Source of the DNA: Thermoanaerobaculia bacterium
GTDB lineage: Bacteria; Acidobacteriota; Thermoanaerobaculia; Multivoradales; Multivoraceae
DNA length: 64,000 bases
Assembly (NCBI GenBank): GCA_963664405.1
Contig: OY761158.1
Span: forward strand, 6,272,001 to 6,336,000
Direction: 5' to 3'
Each line of letters begins with the position of its first letter. Positions within the stretch are counted from its first letter, which is position 1. Below the pieces are notes generated by a model that saw nothing but the letters and a program-made list of their open reading frames with translations, was not told the DNA's origin and ran no database searches. Shown in pieces: positions 18,397-28,916 of the stretch. The translations under genes and the position numbers were made by a program.

Positions 18397-20631
18397 GTGA
18401 CCCGCAACGCCCGTTTGGCCCTCTTGGCGCTGTCGGCCTTTCTGCTGGTTTTTCCCCTGACGCTGCCGAAGCCGGGGCTGCCGGTCAACCTCAAGGCGGA
18501 TGAGCCCGCGTACTACTTGATGGCTCTGAGCCTGGCCCGAGACGGTGATCTTCGGGTCGAGGTGAAAGATATCGACCGGCTCTTCGAGGAGTTCCCCCTC
18601 GTGCCGGTGCGCAACTTGATCGTCATGAGTGATGACGGCTGGAACACCGTCTACTACAGTAAGCCAATCGTCTATCCGCTGCTAGCGGCCCCCTTTGCTG
18701 CTCTCTTCGGCGCGAACGGCATGCTCTTGCTCAATATGGCGATGGTGGTGGCGATGATCTGGATGGGGGCCTACCATCTTCGCCGTTACAACAGCGATGG
18801 GCTGGCGGTCCTTCTCGCTTCCTGCTTCGTGCTTCTGAGCTCGGGATTTGCTTACGCCTACTGGCTCCACACCGAGACTTTCAACATGACGGCGGTGGCT
18901 GCGTCGTGTTTCCTACTCTTTCGCTGCCGCGATCGGGAGGCCGGCCTGATCTGGCCCTCTCTGTCTGGTATGGCGCTCGCGCTGGCCGCAGCCAACAAGC
19001 CGATGTATGCGATGTTATTGGCCCCGCTGTGGTTGCTGGCGTGGCGAAAGTGGCACTGGCGAGGGCTTCTCAGCTGGGGCAGTGGCGCCGCGCTCGTCTT
19101 GGTGGGGACGATGGCGCTGAGCACGGCTCTGATCGGCAAGCCGAGCCCCTACCTCGGTTCACAGAAGCGGGCGGGGATCAGCGTTTGTGAGCCGGGGAAG
19201 ATGCCCCTTCAGCCGGTGCCGGAATCCGTCACAGGGACCGACGGCGGCAATGGCGTCGAGAGCGAAGAGGACGCTGTGGTCGAACCGCCTCCTCTGAATT
19301 GGGGCTTTGTTCTCCTTCCGCCGCGGCTGGACTTTCGAGAATTGGGCGAGAACCTCGGCTACTTCCTCTGGGGGCGTCACACCGGCTTCATGCTCTACCT
19401 ACCCTTCGGGGCACTCTGCATCTTGGTGCTCGCGTTGGAGGCGCCGCGCGATCCGGTGCGTTGGCTGCTGCTTGGCACTCTCGCCGCGATAGCGGCCTAT
19501 TTTCTGGTCATGATTCCAGTGAATTGGCAGGGGGGTGGGGGATTCATCGGTAATCGCTATTACGTGGCGGTCTACCCGGCCTTTCTGTATTTGGTGCGGA
19601 GTTTTCGCCCCGCTGCTCTCTTCGTGCCAACGGTTGCGGCGGCTGGAGCCTTTCTAGGGCCGCTTCTGTTGATGCCTTTCGGCGCCTCGATGCCGTCGCC
19701 GACGTTGCAGGCTCATGTACGCAACGCGCCGTTCCGTTTCTTTCAACTCGAGCTCTCGCTCAAGAATCTGCCCGGCTATCATCGCGTCCGCCTCGATGGT
19801 GTTCGGCTTCTCGCCCGTCGCGACCAGATTGTGCCGCGCGGCGAAGCGATGTGGATCAGGGGCTCGGATCGCGTCGAGTTCTGGGTCGAGATGGGGGAGC
19901 CGGCGGAGCGTCTGGCTTTTGTCGTCGACAACCTCGCGGGCGCGAACGTGGTGGATCTCGAGCTTGGCGGAGCTCGCGAGAGTTTGGAGTTTGCGGCGGA
20001 GGGCGAGAGCCGAAGGGTCGTGCTCGAACCGGGTCGGGCCGACCGACGCCGCTCTCGGGGTGAGCAGAAGTCCTGGGCCTACAAGCTCGTCGTCCGCTCG
20101 AAATCCGGCTCGATCAAGAGCTGGGAACGCCGCCTTGGGCGGGGTTGCGGTGACTTCGAGAACGACCCGTCGAGACGCGAGTCCTTTTATGCCGGCGTGC
20201 AGGTGCGATTCTTGGGTGATGGGGACAAGCTCGCTAGAGATGTGTATGCGGTCGAGTGGGGTCCGTCGCCCGTTGTGTCGGGTCCGGTGATGCCGGGCTC
20301 CCGCTTCTCGTTGCCGGTGAAGCTGACCAATCGTAGCGAGCATCCATGGCAGACCGATGCAAGTGCGAGGATTCGACTCTCCTACCATTGGCTCGACGCC
20401 GAGGGGGAGACCGTGGTCTTTGACGGCCTACGGTCCGATCTGGACGGAGTGGTGGCACCTGGAGTCGCCCTCGACATGCTCCAGGAGATCGAGGCGCCGG
20501 CCGCGCCAGGGGCCTACATACTCGAGCTCGATCCGGTGCTGGAAGACGTCGCGTGGTTCTCGACCCGCAACGGAGGCAATACACTGCGCCTTGCAGTCGA
20601 GGTTCTCGAGCCGGAGCAGGGGGAGGGCTAG
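18397..20631 (+). CDS. Polytopic membrane protein, probable GT-C glycosyltransferase with C-terminal Ig-like domain
   Basis: ADEPAYYLMALSLARDGDL, GGGGFIGNRYY; C-terminal V.LTN.S...W...LSYHW...APAAPGAY.LELD.V.E.VAWFS; GTG start 18397 (the track start lies inside the MITE). Confidence 0.7.
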   Translation: MTRNARLALLALSAFLLVFPLTLPKPGLPVNLKADEPAYYLMALSLARDGDLRVEVKDIDRLFEEFPLVPVRNLIVMSDDGWNTVYYSKPIVYPLLAAPFAALFGANGMLLLNMAMVVAMIWMGAYHLRRYNSDGLAVLLASCFVLLSSGFAYAYWLHTETFNMTAVAASCFLLFRCRDREAGLIWPSLSGMALALAAANKPMYAMLLAPLWLLAWRKWHWRGLLSWGSGAALVLVGTMALSTALIGKPSPYLGSQKRAGISVCEPGKMPLQPVPESVTGTDGGNGVESEEDAVVEPPPLNWGFVLLPPRLDFRELGENLGYFLWGRHTGFMLYLPFGALCILVLALEAPRDPVRWLLLGTLAAIAAYFLVMIPVNWQGGGGFIGNRYYVAVYPAFLYLVRSFRPAALFVPTVAAAGAFLGPLLLMPFGASMPSPTLQAHVRNAPFRFFQLELSLKNLPGYHRVRLDGVRLLARRDQIVPRGEAMWIRGSDRVEFWVEMGEPAERLAFVVDNLAGANVVDLELGGARESLEFAAEGESRRVVLEPGRADRRRSRGEQKSWAYKLVVRSKSGSIKSWERRLGRGCGDFENDPSRRESFYAGVQVRFLGDGDKLARDVYAVEWGPSPVVSGPVMPGSRFSLPVKLTNRSEHPWQTDASARIRLSYHWLDAEGETVVFDGLRSDLDGVVAPGVALDMLQEIEAPAAPGAYILELDPVLEDVAWFSTRNGGNTLRLAVEVLEPEQGEG

Positions 20632-20639
20632 CGAGTCTG

Positions 20640-21155
20640 ATGCTGGACAACGTGAAAGCAGACACGAGGCGACTGCGGTCGTTCAAGTACAAGCCTTTCC
20701 CGTTGTACATCGTCGAGTCTCTGCTGTTCGAGAATGGCTACCAGGCGGTGGTGCTTCACCGCATCGCCCACTGGTTCAAGTCGAGGAGGGTTCCTTTCTT
20801 CGGCCCCTTCTTCGCGCGCTTTTCTCTGTTCTTGACCGGAGTCGACATCGCGCCGGGTGCGGTGATCGGCCCTGGTTTCCTGATCAGTCATGGCGTGGGG
20901 GTGGTGATTGGAGACAAGGTCCGCATCGGCGAGCGAGCCGTATTGCTCCACCAGGTCACGATCGGTGCACCGAGCGGGGAGCGACGTGACGAGATGCCGA
21001 CAATCGGTGACAATGTCTACGTCGGTGCCGGAAGTAGATTGATCGGCAAGATCTCGATCGGTGATGAAGTTTTCATCGGAGTCAATGCGGTGGTGACGAA
21101 GGACATCCCCGACGGCAGCAAGGTCGTCGCTACCGGTGGCATCGAGGTTCGCTAG
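20640..21155 (+). CDS. Serine O-acetyltransferase-like hexapeptide acyltransferase
   Basis: GVDIAPGAVIGPG..ISHGVGVVIG, PTIGDNVYVGAGS left-handed beta-helix repeats. Confidence 0.85.
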   Translation: MLDNVKADTRRLRSFKYKPFPLYIVESLLFENGYQAVVLHRIAHWFKSRRVPFFGPFFARFSLFLTGVDIAPGAVIGPGFLISHGVGVVIGDKVRIGERAVLLHQVTIGAPSGERRDEMPTIGDNVYVGAGSRLIGKISIGDEVFIGVNAVVTKDIPDGSKVVATGGIEVR

Positions 21156-21352
21156 GCGCGAGGAAATGCGGCGACAGAAACGGCGACATTCGGAAGGACG
21201 CTGCATCCCTCCAGCGGCGTTGGGCTCCTTGTGACGTACTACCAGATCCGCCGCCGCCGCGTGCCTCGCTGGCGAGGCGCATCGTCGCTCGAAGGTAACC
21301 GTACTTGTCGCCGCATGTACTACACTCGCGCACGCTTCGAAACGGGTGCTCC

Positions 21353-22282
21353 ATGCTCTACAGGCTTCTGAAAGCGATCTATCGCAAGATCCATTCGACT
21401 TTGCTGCGGGCACTCAACGCCATCGGAGTGAACGTAGCGCTGAGCTCCGATTTCTACTCGCCGCTGCCTCTTCTGTCAGAGCTCGAGCGGAGTCGCGACC
21501 TGTGGGATCGGCCCAGCGATCTGGTCGGGGTTTCCTACGACTTGGAGGCGATGAAGACGCTGTTTTCGCAGCTCGTCAGTAGCTACGGAGGGGACTACGG
21601 GGCCCTGCCGAGCTTCGAGGAGATCAAGGCGCGTCGCTTTGGCCCCGGCTTTCCGGTTCTCGACGGCATGCTTATCTTTCTCATGCTGCGAGATCTGAAG
21701 CCGAGTCGCTATATCGAGATCGGTTCCGGGCTGTCGACCTACTACAGTTGGTTGGCGGCCGAAAAGAACGCGAAGGTCGGTCATCCGTGCGAGATGACCC
21801 TGGTGGACCCCTTTCCTACCGGGCGGCTGTCCGAGCTCGGCGGCCTCAGCACGATCGCTAAGCAGGTGCAGGAGGTCGATCTCGAGCTCTTTTCACAGCT
21901 CGGATCGGGGGACGTCCTCTTTATCGATTCGACCCATGTGCTCAAGATCGGTGGTGATGTGGCGTACCTTTTTCTCGAGGTTCTGCCGCGGTTGAATCCT
22001 GGGGTAGTGGTCCACGTGCATGATGTTCACTTTCCCTACAACACCCCCTATCCGGCGGAGCAGTACATCTTCAAGGCGAAGTGGCCGTTATATCGGACCG
22101 AGGCCTACTTGCTGCAGGCATTCTTGAGCTTCAACGACGAGTTCGAGGTCACCATGTCGACGCCAATGTTGCGTCACTACGACGAGGAATTCCTGGCGAC
22201 GACAGTTCCCTCGTACCAGGCAGTGGAGACAGAGGATTACGACACCCATTTCGGCTCGTTCTGGTTCCGTCGCCGGGAGTAG
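21353..22282 (+). CDS. Class I SAM-dependent methyltransferase (Methyltransf_24-like)
   Basis: IEIGSGLST, GDVLFIDSTHV.K.GGDV, VHVHD..FP. Confidence 0.85.
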   Translation: MLYRLLKAIYRKIHSTLLRALNAIGVNVALSSDFYSPLPLLSELERSRDLWDRPSDLVGVSYDLEAMKTLFSQLVSSYGGDYGALPSFEEIKARRFGPGFPVLDGMLIFLMLRDLKPSRYIEIGSGLSTYYSWLAAEKNAKVGHPCEMTLVDPFPTGRLSELGGLSTIAKQVQEVDLELFSQLGSGDVLFIDSTHVLKIGGDVAYLFLEVLPRLNPGVVVHVHDVHFPYNTPYPAEQYIFKAKWPLYRTEAYLLQAFLSFNDEFEVTMSTPMLRHYDEEFLATTVPSYQAVETEDYDTHFGSFWFRRRE

Positions 22283-22303
22283 AGCGCTGGGATCGAGGAG
22301 CGG

Positions 22304-23218
22304 ATGAGCCAGCCGAGTGTCGCCGCGATCGTGCTCAACTACAACGGGCGTGAGATCACGCTCGAGGCGATCTCGAGCTTGTTGGAGATGGCCTACGAGC
22401 ACCTCGTCGTGGTCCACGTGGACAACGGCTCGACCGACGGCTCCTACGAGGCAGTGGAGAAGAGGTTCCCCGACGTATTGCAGGTGCGCATCGAGGAGAA
22501 CCAAGGGGTGGTTCACGGTGTCAATCGAGGGCTGGCGGAGGCGCTGGATCGGGGTTGCGACTACCTGCTTCTGCTCAACAATGACATCGAGGTCGATCCT
22601 CAGATGCTTGGCGAGCTGGTAGCGGTTGCCGAAGGCGATTCGACGATTGGTTGCGTCGGACCGAAGATCTTCTATGCCGGTGAGCGCGAGCGTCTTTGGT
22701 CGGCAGGTGGGCGTATCCGCTTTCTTCACTCGATCACTCGCGAGCGTGGGATGGGGGAGATCGATCAGGGGCAATACGAGCGTGATGAAGAGGTCGGATA
22801 TGTCAACGGTTGCGCCGTGCTCATGCGCTCGTCGGTGGTTCGCGAGGTCGGGCTTTGGGACCCCCTTTTTCAGTTGGCGCTGGACGATGCCGATTGGTGC
22901 ATGCGAATGAAGCTGCGGGGTTTTCGCAGCGTCTATGCTCATCGCGCGGTTCTCTTCCACAAAGTGGGCTACACGGTGGGCGGGTATCAGGCTCGTCGGA
23001 CCTTTTACAATGGCCGAAGCGCCGCCCTCTTTGTCCGACGGTACGCAGGGCTTGGGCAGTGGGCGAGCTTCCTCCTCCTCAGTGGCTGCGCTCTCCCTTT
23101 GGCCTTCTTGCGCGAGCTGCCGCGTGGAAATCAGGGTGCGGTGATCGCCAAGCTGCGGGGGATCATCGAGGGATTGAGAGTGCCTCTCGGCCCGGCGCCC
23201 GGGGGCTACGATGGCTGA
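22304..23218 (+). CDS. GT2 glycosyltransferase
   Basis: IVLNYNG, VDNGSTDGS, LLNND, GCAVL, DADW. Confidence 0.92.
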   Translation: MSQPSVAAIVLNYNGREITLEAISSLLEMAYEHLVVVHVDNGSTDGSYEAVEKRFPDVLQVRIEENQGVVHGVNRGLAEALDRGCDYLLLLNNDIEVDPQMLGELVAVAEGDSTIGCVGPKIFYAGERERLWSAGGRIRFLHSITRERGMGEIDQGQYERDEEVGYVNGCAVLMRSSVVREVGLWDPLFQLALDDADWCMRMKLRGFRSVYAHRAVLFHKVGYTVGGYQARRTFYNGRSAALFVRRYAGLGQWASFLLLSGCALPLAFLRELPRGNQGAVIAKLRGIIEGLRVPLGPAPGGYDG

Positions 23219-24146
23219 GAGTCCTGCGATCAAGGTTCTCTTTGTCGCCGGTCTGGGACGTAGTGGCTCCACCCTGCTCGACAACGTCCTTGGCAGTGTT
23301 GAAGGCTTTTTCTCTTTAGGAGAGTTGATTTATATATGGGATCGCTGTGTCCGAGACGACCGTCGCTGCGGGTGTGGCGAAGCGTTCAGTGACTGTCCGT
23401 TTTGGGCACCGATCCGTGCCGCGGGGATGTCGGGAGTCGACGATAGCGCCATCGATCGCATCGTCCGGGCGCGTGAGAGTCTCGGTCCTGGTGGTGTCAC
23501 GCTGCGTTCTCATTTCGCCACCAGGCCGCTCAGTGGCGAGCTTGTCGACGAGTTCGTCGAGGCGCACCTCGGCATTTACAGGGCGATCCGAGACGAGACC
23601 GGTTGTCGAGTGATCGTCGACTCTTCGAAGTGGCCGGGCTACGGATTCGTTCTATCGCAGATGCCGGGCGTCGAGCCCTATTATCTTCACCTCGTGCGTG
23701 ATCCACGTCCGGTAGCGTATTCGTGGCAGAAGAAGAAGATCTACGACGCCAGTGGCGAAGAGCCTCTTTACATGAGTCGCTTTTCGATAGTCGAGAGCTG
23801 CCGTCTTTGGAACAAGTGGAACATTGCGAGCGAGATCCTTCTTCGTCGGCCTCCGGGCCGTTATCTACGTCTCCACTATGAAGACTTCGTCGACCGTCCC
23901 CGCCGGACCATCGAGAAGATAGCCGAGCATGTAGGCGAGTCACCCAGCTCCCTGCCGTTCGTTTCCGAACACGACGTTCGCCTCGCCGTCAACCATGCCG
24001 TGGGCGGCAACCCTAGCCGCTTCGAAAGTGGAGTTGTCTCCATCCGCCGCGACGACACTTGGCGACAGCAGATGAGCCCACGCCAACGTTCAGCCGTCCT
24101 AGCCCTCACCTGGCCATTCTTCCTTCGCTACCGCTACCCAAGGTGA
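23211..24146 (+). CDS. Sulfotransferase family protein
   Basis: PAPS-binding GRSGSTLL, VDSSK, LVRDPR..AYS, YEDF. Confidence 0.9.
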   Translation: MAESPAIKVLFVAGLGRSGSTLLDNVLGSVEGFFSLGELIYIWDRCVRDDRRCGCGEAFSDCPFWAPIRAAGMSGVDDSAIDRIVRARESLGPGGVTLRSHFATRPLSGELVDEFVEAHLGIYRAIRDETGCRVIVDSSKWPGYGFVLSQMPGVEPYYLHLVRDPRPVAYSWQKKKIYDASGEEPLYMSRFSIVESCRLWNKWNIASEILLRRPPGRYLRLHYEDFVDRPRRTIEKIAEHVGESPSSLPFVSEHDVRLAVNHAVGGNPSRFESGVVSIRRDDTWRQQMSPRQRSAVLALTWPFFLRYRYPR

Positions 24147-24415
24147 TCCAAGAAAGAGTTCCACCCACTTGGGTCCCAATCCGAGAGCAGTTCCACCCAC
24201 CTAGCCCCAAGAACCGAATCCTCCCCGAGACTTCGCCAACAATGTGGCGAGATGCCCTTGGCACACACCTCTGGATGCCTTCCGGAGTGCCTCGGCGCCG
24301 CTAGCTCCCCTATCGGGGTGAAAATCGTTGGCGCTCGACGCAGCTCCGCCGCGCGGCTCCCTCCAGGACGAAGGGGCAACAGCGGCGAAAACGAGGTACT
24401 GCGGCAGGATCTCGG

Positions 24416-25351
24416 CTAGTCGGGACCCGCTCGAATCTCCGGCACGTAGGGCAATCCTGGTGGGAAACACCCTGCTGGGAAGATCGCTTCTTTGTCCCCC
24501 TGCTTGAGCCTCTCCGCGGCTTCTCGGTAAGCAGAGACGAACTCCCGGAGCTCTTCTCGAAGCTCGCGCCTCACTTGTGCAGTTGCCGCGTGAAAGGTCG
24601 GAGCCGGAGAGCTATCGATCTCTTTGGGGCGCTCGAGGGGGTCCTGAGAGCGGATCACGTCAGGACCTAAGGGTTTGCTACGGGCTTCCCTATGACGCAG
24701 GCGAGTCTCCCGCTCAATGCGGTCCACGATTTCAGCAACCCGTCCACAGCGCTCGAGCCGCGATAGTAGTTCCCAGGGCGGCAAGGGCCATAGATGGATC
24801 GTCTCCTCGACAAGGAAGTCTTTTGGATCCAGTACTTTGCCGGACCTTCTCGCTCGGTTCTCCGCGGTCAGATCTCGCCACACGCCCCGGACCTCGGAGT
24901 AGCCACGGAGAAGCTCACTGGCACAATGAACCCCGGGCCAGTCACTCGGTCTGATCACCAGGTTCTCTTTGCTTCCCTGGGAAAGCATGTAGAAGAGACG
25001 CGAAATCTGGGCTTCCTCTTCATCCGAGACAACGATGTGCTGATACCGGCGCGACCAAAACTTATCCGTCCAATTGTGAAGACGACCGACCTTGCGTGCC
25101 ACGTTGCCATTGACGAACTGCATAAAGCTCGAGAGCTGCTTCGTGCTCTCTGGGAGGAGCAGCATGTGGGAGTGATTCGAGAGAAAGGCGTAGGCGCAGA
25201 TCTTCATGCCAGTGTGCCGTTGGCCCCGACCCAGGACCCCACGGATCGTCGCATTGCCCTCAGGAGAAGGGCTGAGGAGATAACGACCCTGAATCGTACG
25301 GGTGGTTACTTCCACCAGCCTCCCGGAGACACATCCTCGTAGCTTGCGCAC
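24416..25351 (-). CDS. RAYT-like HUH (Y1) transposase
   Basis: EVTTRT, AYAFLSNHSHML HUH motif, FWSRRY, conserved Y followed by KENLV..PSDWP. Confidence 0.85.
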   Translation of the reverse strand: MRKLRGCVSGRLVEVTTRTIQGRYLLSPSPEGNATIRGVLGRGQRHTGMKICAYAFLSNHSHMLLLPESTKQLSSFMQFVNGNVARKVGRLHNWTDKFWSRRYQHIVVSDEEEAQISRLFYMLSQGSKENLVIRPSDWPGVHCASELLRGYSEVRGVWRDLTAENRARRSGKVLDPKDFLVEETIHLWPLPPWELLSRLERCGRVAEIVDRIERETRLRHREARSKPLGPDVIRSQDPLERPKEIDSSPAPTFHAATAQVRRELREELREFVSAYREAAERLKQGDKEAIFPAGCFPPGLPYVPEIRAGPD

Positions 25352-25592
25352 GTCTTGCCAACTCTCCTAACACCCCTCTATAGACGCAAGAAACCTTCGC
25401 AACCTTGCAGCTGTGTGCATTCTCGTCGTGAGCCGTACACTTGACCCACTTCGGAGTAGATTGGGTGGTACCTCGGGAATGAGGTGGAAACTCGGGTGGC
25501 ACCCGGGATGGGCGAAGGTGATCCGGGAGAGGATCGCACCCCCACCCTGGGATGAGCCTAGGGCTCTTTGAGCTTTGTCGAGGCGGCGAGGT

Positions 25593-26867
25593 CTAGATCT
25601 CGCTTTGCTCGGCTCGCAACCGATCGCAGAGACGATCAGGAGGCAGCTCGATGTCGTCGTAACGCAGGACTTGATCTTTCGCCACCTGGCGCAGCAGTCG
25701 ACAACCCTCCGCCAGTCCCATCGGGAGCAGGTTCTCGGCGCGCACAACGTCGGCGTTCTCGCAAAGGCCGTAGGTCATGTACCAGCCGATTCCGTCGATT
25801 ACTTCACCGGGTTTGAGGTCGCGCTTGGCGGTGGCGACTACGTCGACGATGTGTCCCGCATCAGGAGCGACGGCGGCGTCGCCGAAGAGGACGGCGCGCG
25901 CCACCGTCATCGGGGCCTCCAGGTGGCAAAGGTGGTACGGGGTGTAGAAGGTGTAGAGCGGGCCGTCACCGAGCTTGTAAAGCTGAAGCCAACGCCTCTG
26001 CTCGGGATCGTCGTGGTGACCGAGCACGAAGACCCCAGGGGCGGGCTCGGCGCCGACTATGTAGTCGACGAGACCCACCTCGAGCATCTGGTCCATAGGG
26101 AAGAGCGCCGCGGCATCATGCACGCTCTTGCAGTCCGGCCCGTAGAGCCCGCGCTTACCTGCCTTGAGGCCGGTGGCGTTGGCGACCAACGCCATCTCGA
26201 ACGAGACTTTGCTCCCGTCCGCGAAGGAGGCCGCCATATGCGGGGTCAAATGGTGGACCCGCGCAAACTCCTCTTGCGTGGTCGGATTTCGATAGGGGTC
26301 GTGAAGACCCTTGAGGTTTCCGATCAGTACTGGACGCACGCCGATCCCGCGCACGAAGCGATAGAGGTTCATCATCACCCCGGGCTGATCCCCGTCACAG
26401 TCGCTCAGGACCACTCCTGCCCGGTCGGCCCGTTGCTTGAGTATGGGACCAATCGTGCCCTGCAATTCTGCGTTCATGGTGATGGTGTGCTTGCCGGCGG
26501 CGATGGAGTCGACCACCACTCCGGCCCCGAAGTCGACCGCCCCGGTAACTTCGAGGATCGCGTCGAGCTGGGGGTTGGCAGTGAGGAGCGAGGGGTCGTC
26601 GGTGACCGCAGGATCTCCCGCCTCGATGGCCTCGCTCAGCTTTCGCTCATCGTCGACCTGGCGAATCTTCTCGGCCCCCGCTTCGGCGTAGGCCCGCTCC
26701 GCATTGGCGAGGGTTCGATTTGCAATCGCGCAGATCTCCATGCCGGGCACCGCAGTGGCGACTTGAAGAGCGATCCCACGGCCCATGGCCCCCGCTCCCA
26801 CCATGCCCACGCGAATGGGACGCCCCTCTTCCTGCCTGCGCGCTAAGGCCTTATCGACGATGATCAC
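25593..26867 (-). CDS. NAD(P)-dependent oxidoreductase, homoserine dehydrogenase-like, with C-terminal SAF domain (COG4091-like)
   Basis: VGMVGAGAMG Rossmann motif, DGDQPG, DGSK..EM..VANATG, AKRDL.PG..IDGIG SAF domain; GTG start 26867. Confidence 0.85.
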   Translation of the reverse strand: MIIVDKALARRQEEGRPIRVGMVGAGAMGRGIALQVATAVPGMEICAIANRTLANAERAYAEAGAEKIRQVDDERKLSEAIEAGDPAVTDDPSLLTANPQLDAILEVTGAVDFGAGVVVDSIAAGKHTITMNAELQGTIGPILKQRADRAGVVLSDCDGDQPGVMMNLYRFVRGIGVRPVLIGNLKGLHDPYRNPTTQEEFARVHHLTPHMAASFADGSKVSFEMALVANATGLKAGKRGLYGPDCKSVHDAAALFPMDQMLEVGLVDYIVGAEPAPGVFVLGHHDDPEQRRWLQLYKLGDGPLYTFYTPYHLCHLEAPMTVARAVLFGDAAVAPDAGHIVDVVATAKRDLKPGEVIDGIGWYMTYGLCENADVVRAENLLPMGLAEGCRLLRQVAKDQVLRYDDIELPPDRLCDRLRAEQSEI

Positions 26868-27402
26868 GATCGGGGTCCTCGAAGTCCGGCCAGCTGCGGT
26901 CCGCTTCAGAAATGGCACTCACTTCCAGCGGCCAAGGGATGGCGAAGGCAGGGTCGTCGTGGCGGATACCGCGCCCGTCAGTTGGCGTGTAAAAGGCCGA
27001 AACCTGATAGATCAGCTCGGTGTCATCTTCCAAGGTCTGGAAGCCCTGAGCGAATCCCTCGGGAACAAAGAGCATCCGGTACTCGTTCGCCTTCAGCTCG
27101 ATACTGACCCATTCCCGATAGGTCGGCGAGCTCTTGCGAAGGTCGATGATGACATCGAAGATCGCCCCGCGGGTGACGCGGAAGAGCTTACTCTCCTGGT
27201 TGGGCTCCACTTGGTAGTGGAATCCCCTCAGTGTGCCGCGTCGTCGGTTCGAGATCACATTGCTCTGCACCACCTCGATTGGAATGCCGTTGGCGGCGAG
27301 CTCGCGAGCACACCATTGGCGCGCGTTGAAGCCTCTGTGATCGGAGATCAACTCCAAATCCACGACGAAGGCACCTTCGAGAGATAGCGCGGTGAACTTC
27401 AC
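26851..27402 (-). CDS. rfbC: dTDP-4-dehydrorhamnose 3,5-epimerase (RmlC-like)
   Basis: D.RGF, GTLRGFHYQ, GAIFDVIIDLR..SPTY, PEGFA.GFQTL. Confidence 0.88.
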   Translation of the reverse strand: MKFTALSLEGAFVVDLELISDHRGFNARQWCARELAANGIPIEVVQSNVISNRRRGTLRGFHYQVEPNQESKLFRVTRGAIFDVIIDLRKSSPTYREWVSIELKANEYRMLFVPEGFAQGFQTLEDDTELIYQVSAFYTPTDGRGIRHDDPAFAIPWPLEVSAISEADRSWPDFEDPDRDHRR

Positions 27403-27415
27403 TACAACAAACCTC

Positions 27416-28438
27416 TCAGCCTTGAAACGGAACCATCACCTGCGAACCGTGTGCCTCGTGCTCCAGGCTCATCTCCATCAGTCCCGCCAACGCCTCGCGC
27501 ACCGCAACCTGATGTTGTGGCTCGACGACGAAGAGCAGGAAGCCTCCACCGCCCGCACCGCACAGTTTCCCACCTTCGGCCCCTGCAGCCATCGCGGCTT
27601 CGTACCAGTCGTCGATCTGACCCGTTGTGATCGAGCTCGCCAAGCTACGCTTGAGCTGCCACCCCTCGTCCAGGACCCGGCCGAAGCCGCGTGCGTCGAT
27701 CTCGTCGGAGCCAAGCTGTCGATGGAGGGAGCGCGCCTGCTCACGCATGCGTCGCAACTGCTCCATGTTGAGGGGCGTCTTTTCGCTCTGTTCCGCCAGC
27801 ACACTGCCGGCTGCGCGCTGGTGCCCGGTCCAGAACATCATCATGCTCCCGAATAGCTCTTCGAGACGCTCCGCGCGCATCTGCAAGTGCTCTACGGTCA
27901 CGCCCCCGTTCGGCTTGAACGACAGCAGATTCAGTCCTCCGTAGGCCGCCGCGTACTGATCCTGTTTGCCGATCGGCTCGCCAAGCACCTCGATCTCGAT
28001 GTGAGATGCCTCTTCAGCGAGCTGACCCGCCGACACCCGCTCTCCGCGATAGGCGTGGAGTGCGTTCAAGAGGCCTACGGCAAAAGCGCTCGAGCCTCCT
28101 AGGCCGGTGGAGGCCGGCACGTCCCCGACCGTCGAGATGTAGATCGGGCTCTCGATGTCGAGAAAACGCATGCACTCGCGGGCAATGTTGTTTTTGATCT
28201 CCTCGATGTGGTCGACTTGCTCGCTTTGCGAGTAGTTGATTCGGATCGGCTCGAAGAACAGCTCGCTGTGGCGCTTGACGGTGACGTAGACATAGCGCTT
28301 GATGGCCGTCGAAAGCACCGCACCCTCGTCGCTTTCGAAGAAGGCCGGCAGATCGGTGCCACCGCCGACGAAGCTGACTCGCAGCGGCGTCCGGGTCACG
28401 ATCAACCTCGAATCGGGCGAGGGATCGGGCTCAACCAT
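27416..28438 (-). CDS. hddA: D-glycero-D-manno-heptose 7-phosphate kinase (GHMP kinase)
   Basis: TPLRVSFVGGGTD, PASTGLGGSS, GKQDQY, GGKLCGAGGGGF; adjacent to gmhA. Confidence 0.85.
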   Translation of the reverse strand: MVEPDPSPDSRLIVTRTPLRVSFVGGGTDLPAFFESDEGAVLSTAIKRYVYVTVKRHSELFFEPIRINYSQSEQVDHIEEIKNNIARECMRFLDIESPIYISTVGDVPASTGLGGSSAFAVGLLNALHAYRGERVSAGQLAEEASHIEIEVLGEPIGKQDQYAAAYGGLNLLSFKPNGGVTVEHLQMRAERLEELFGSMMMFWTGHQRAAGSVLAEQSEKTPLNMEQLRRMREQARSLHRQLGSDEIDARGFGRVLDEGWQLKRSLASSITTGQIDDWYEAAMAAGAEGGKLCGAGGGGFLLFVVEPQHQVAVREALAGLMEMSLEHEAHGSQVMVPFQG

Positions 28439-28880
28439 GCGCTAAGGACCAGTCGAAGGGGATGTCCGGCGTGAACGGATCGAGACGATCCATCTCGTCG
28501 GGACGGTGCGGCTCGCTCGCGGCGTTCGCCATGATCACCATTTTGTCGCCGTAGGCCTTGTAGCCATTGGCGATGCCTGGAGGTATCTGGACCAGCACGT
28601 AGTTGTCCTCGCCGAAGAAGACCTCCTGGAGCTCTCCTTTTGTTGGCGAGTCGGGACGCAGGTCATACATCACCAGCCTGGCACGCCCCGAGACCACGGC
28701 GTTGCTGACCGTCATCGACTTGTGGATGTGCCATGCCTTGATCACCCCGGGCCAGGCGCAAGAGAAGTAGATCTCTCCGAAGGAAACGAAATGGGGATCC
28801 GTCGCCTTGAGCATATGCATGATCTTGCCGCGTTCGTCGACGATCTGGCGCAGCGGCACAACCTTGACTCCATCAATCAT
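28431..28880 (-). CDS. RmlC-like cupin sugar epimerase
   Basis: D.RG, GEIYFS, KAWH.H, YDLRPDSPT, IPPG. Confidence 0.82.
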   Translation of the reverse strand: MIDGVKVVPLRQIVDERGKIMHMLKATDPHFVSFGEIYFSCAWPGVIKAWHIHKSMTVSNAVVSGRARLVMYDLRPDSPTKGELQEVFFGEDNYVLVQIPPGIANGYKAYGDKMVIMANAASEPHRPDEMDRLDPFTPDIPFDWSLAHG

Positions 28881-28916
28881 CGTCAGTACTCCCCTGCCGA
28901 ACGGCCTTGAACTCTC

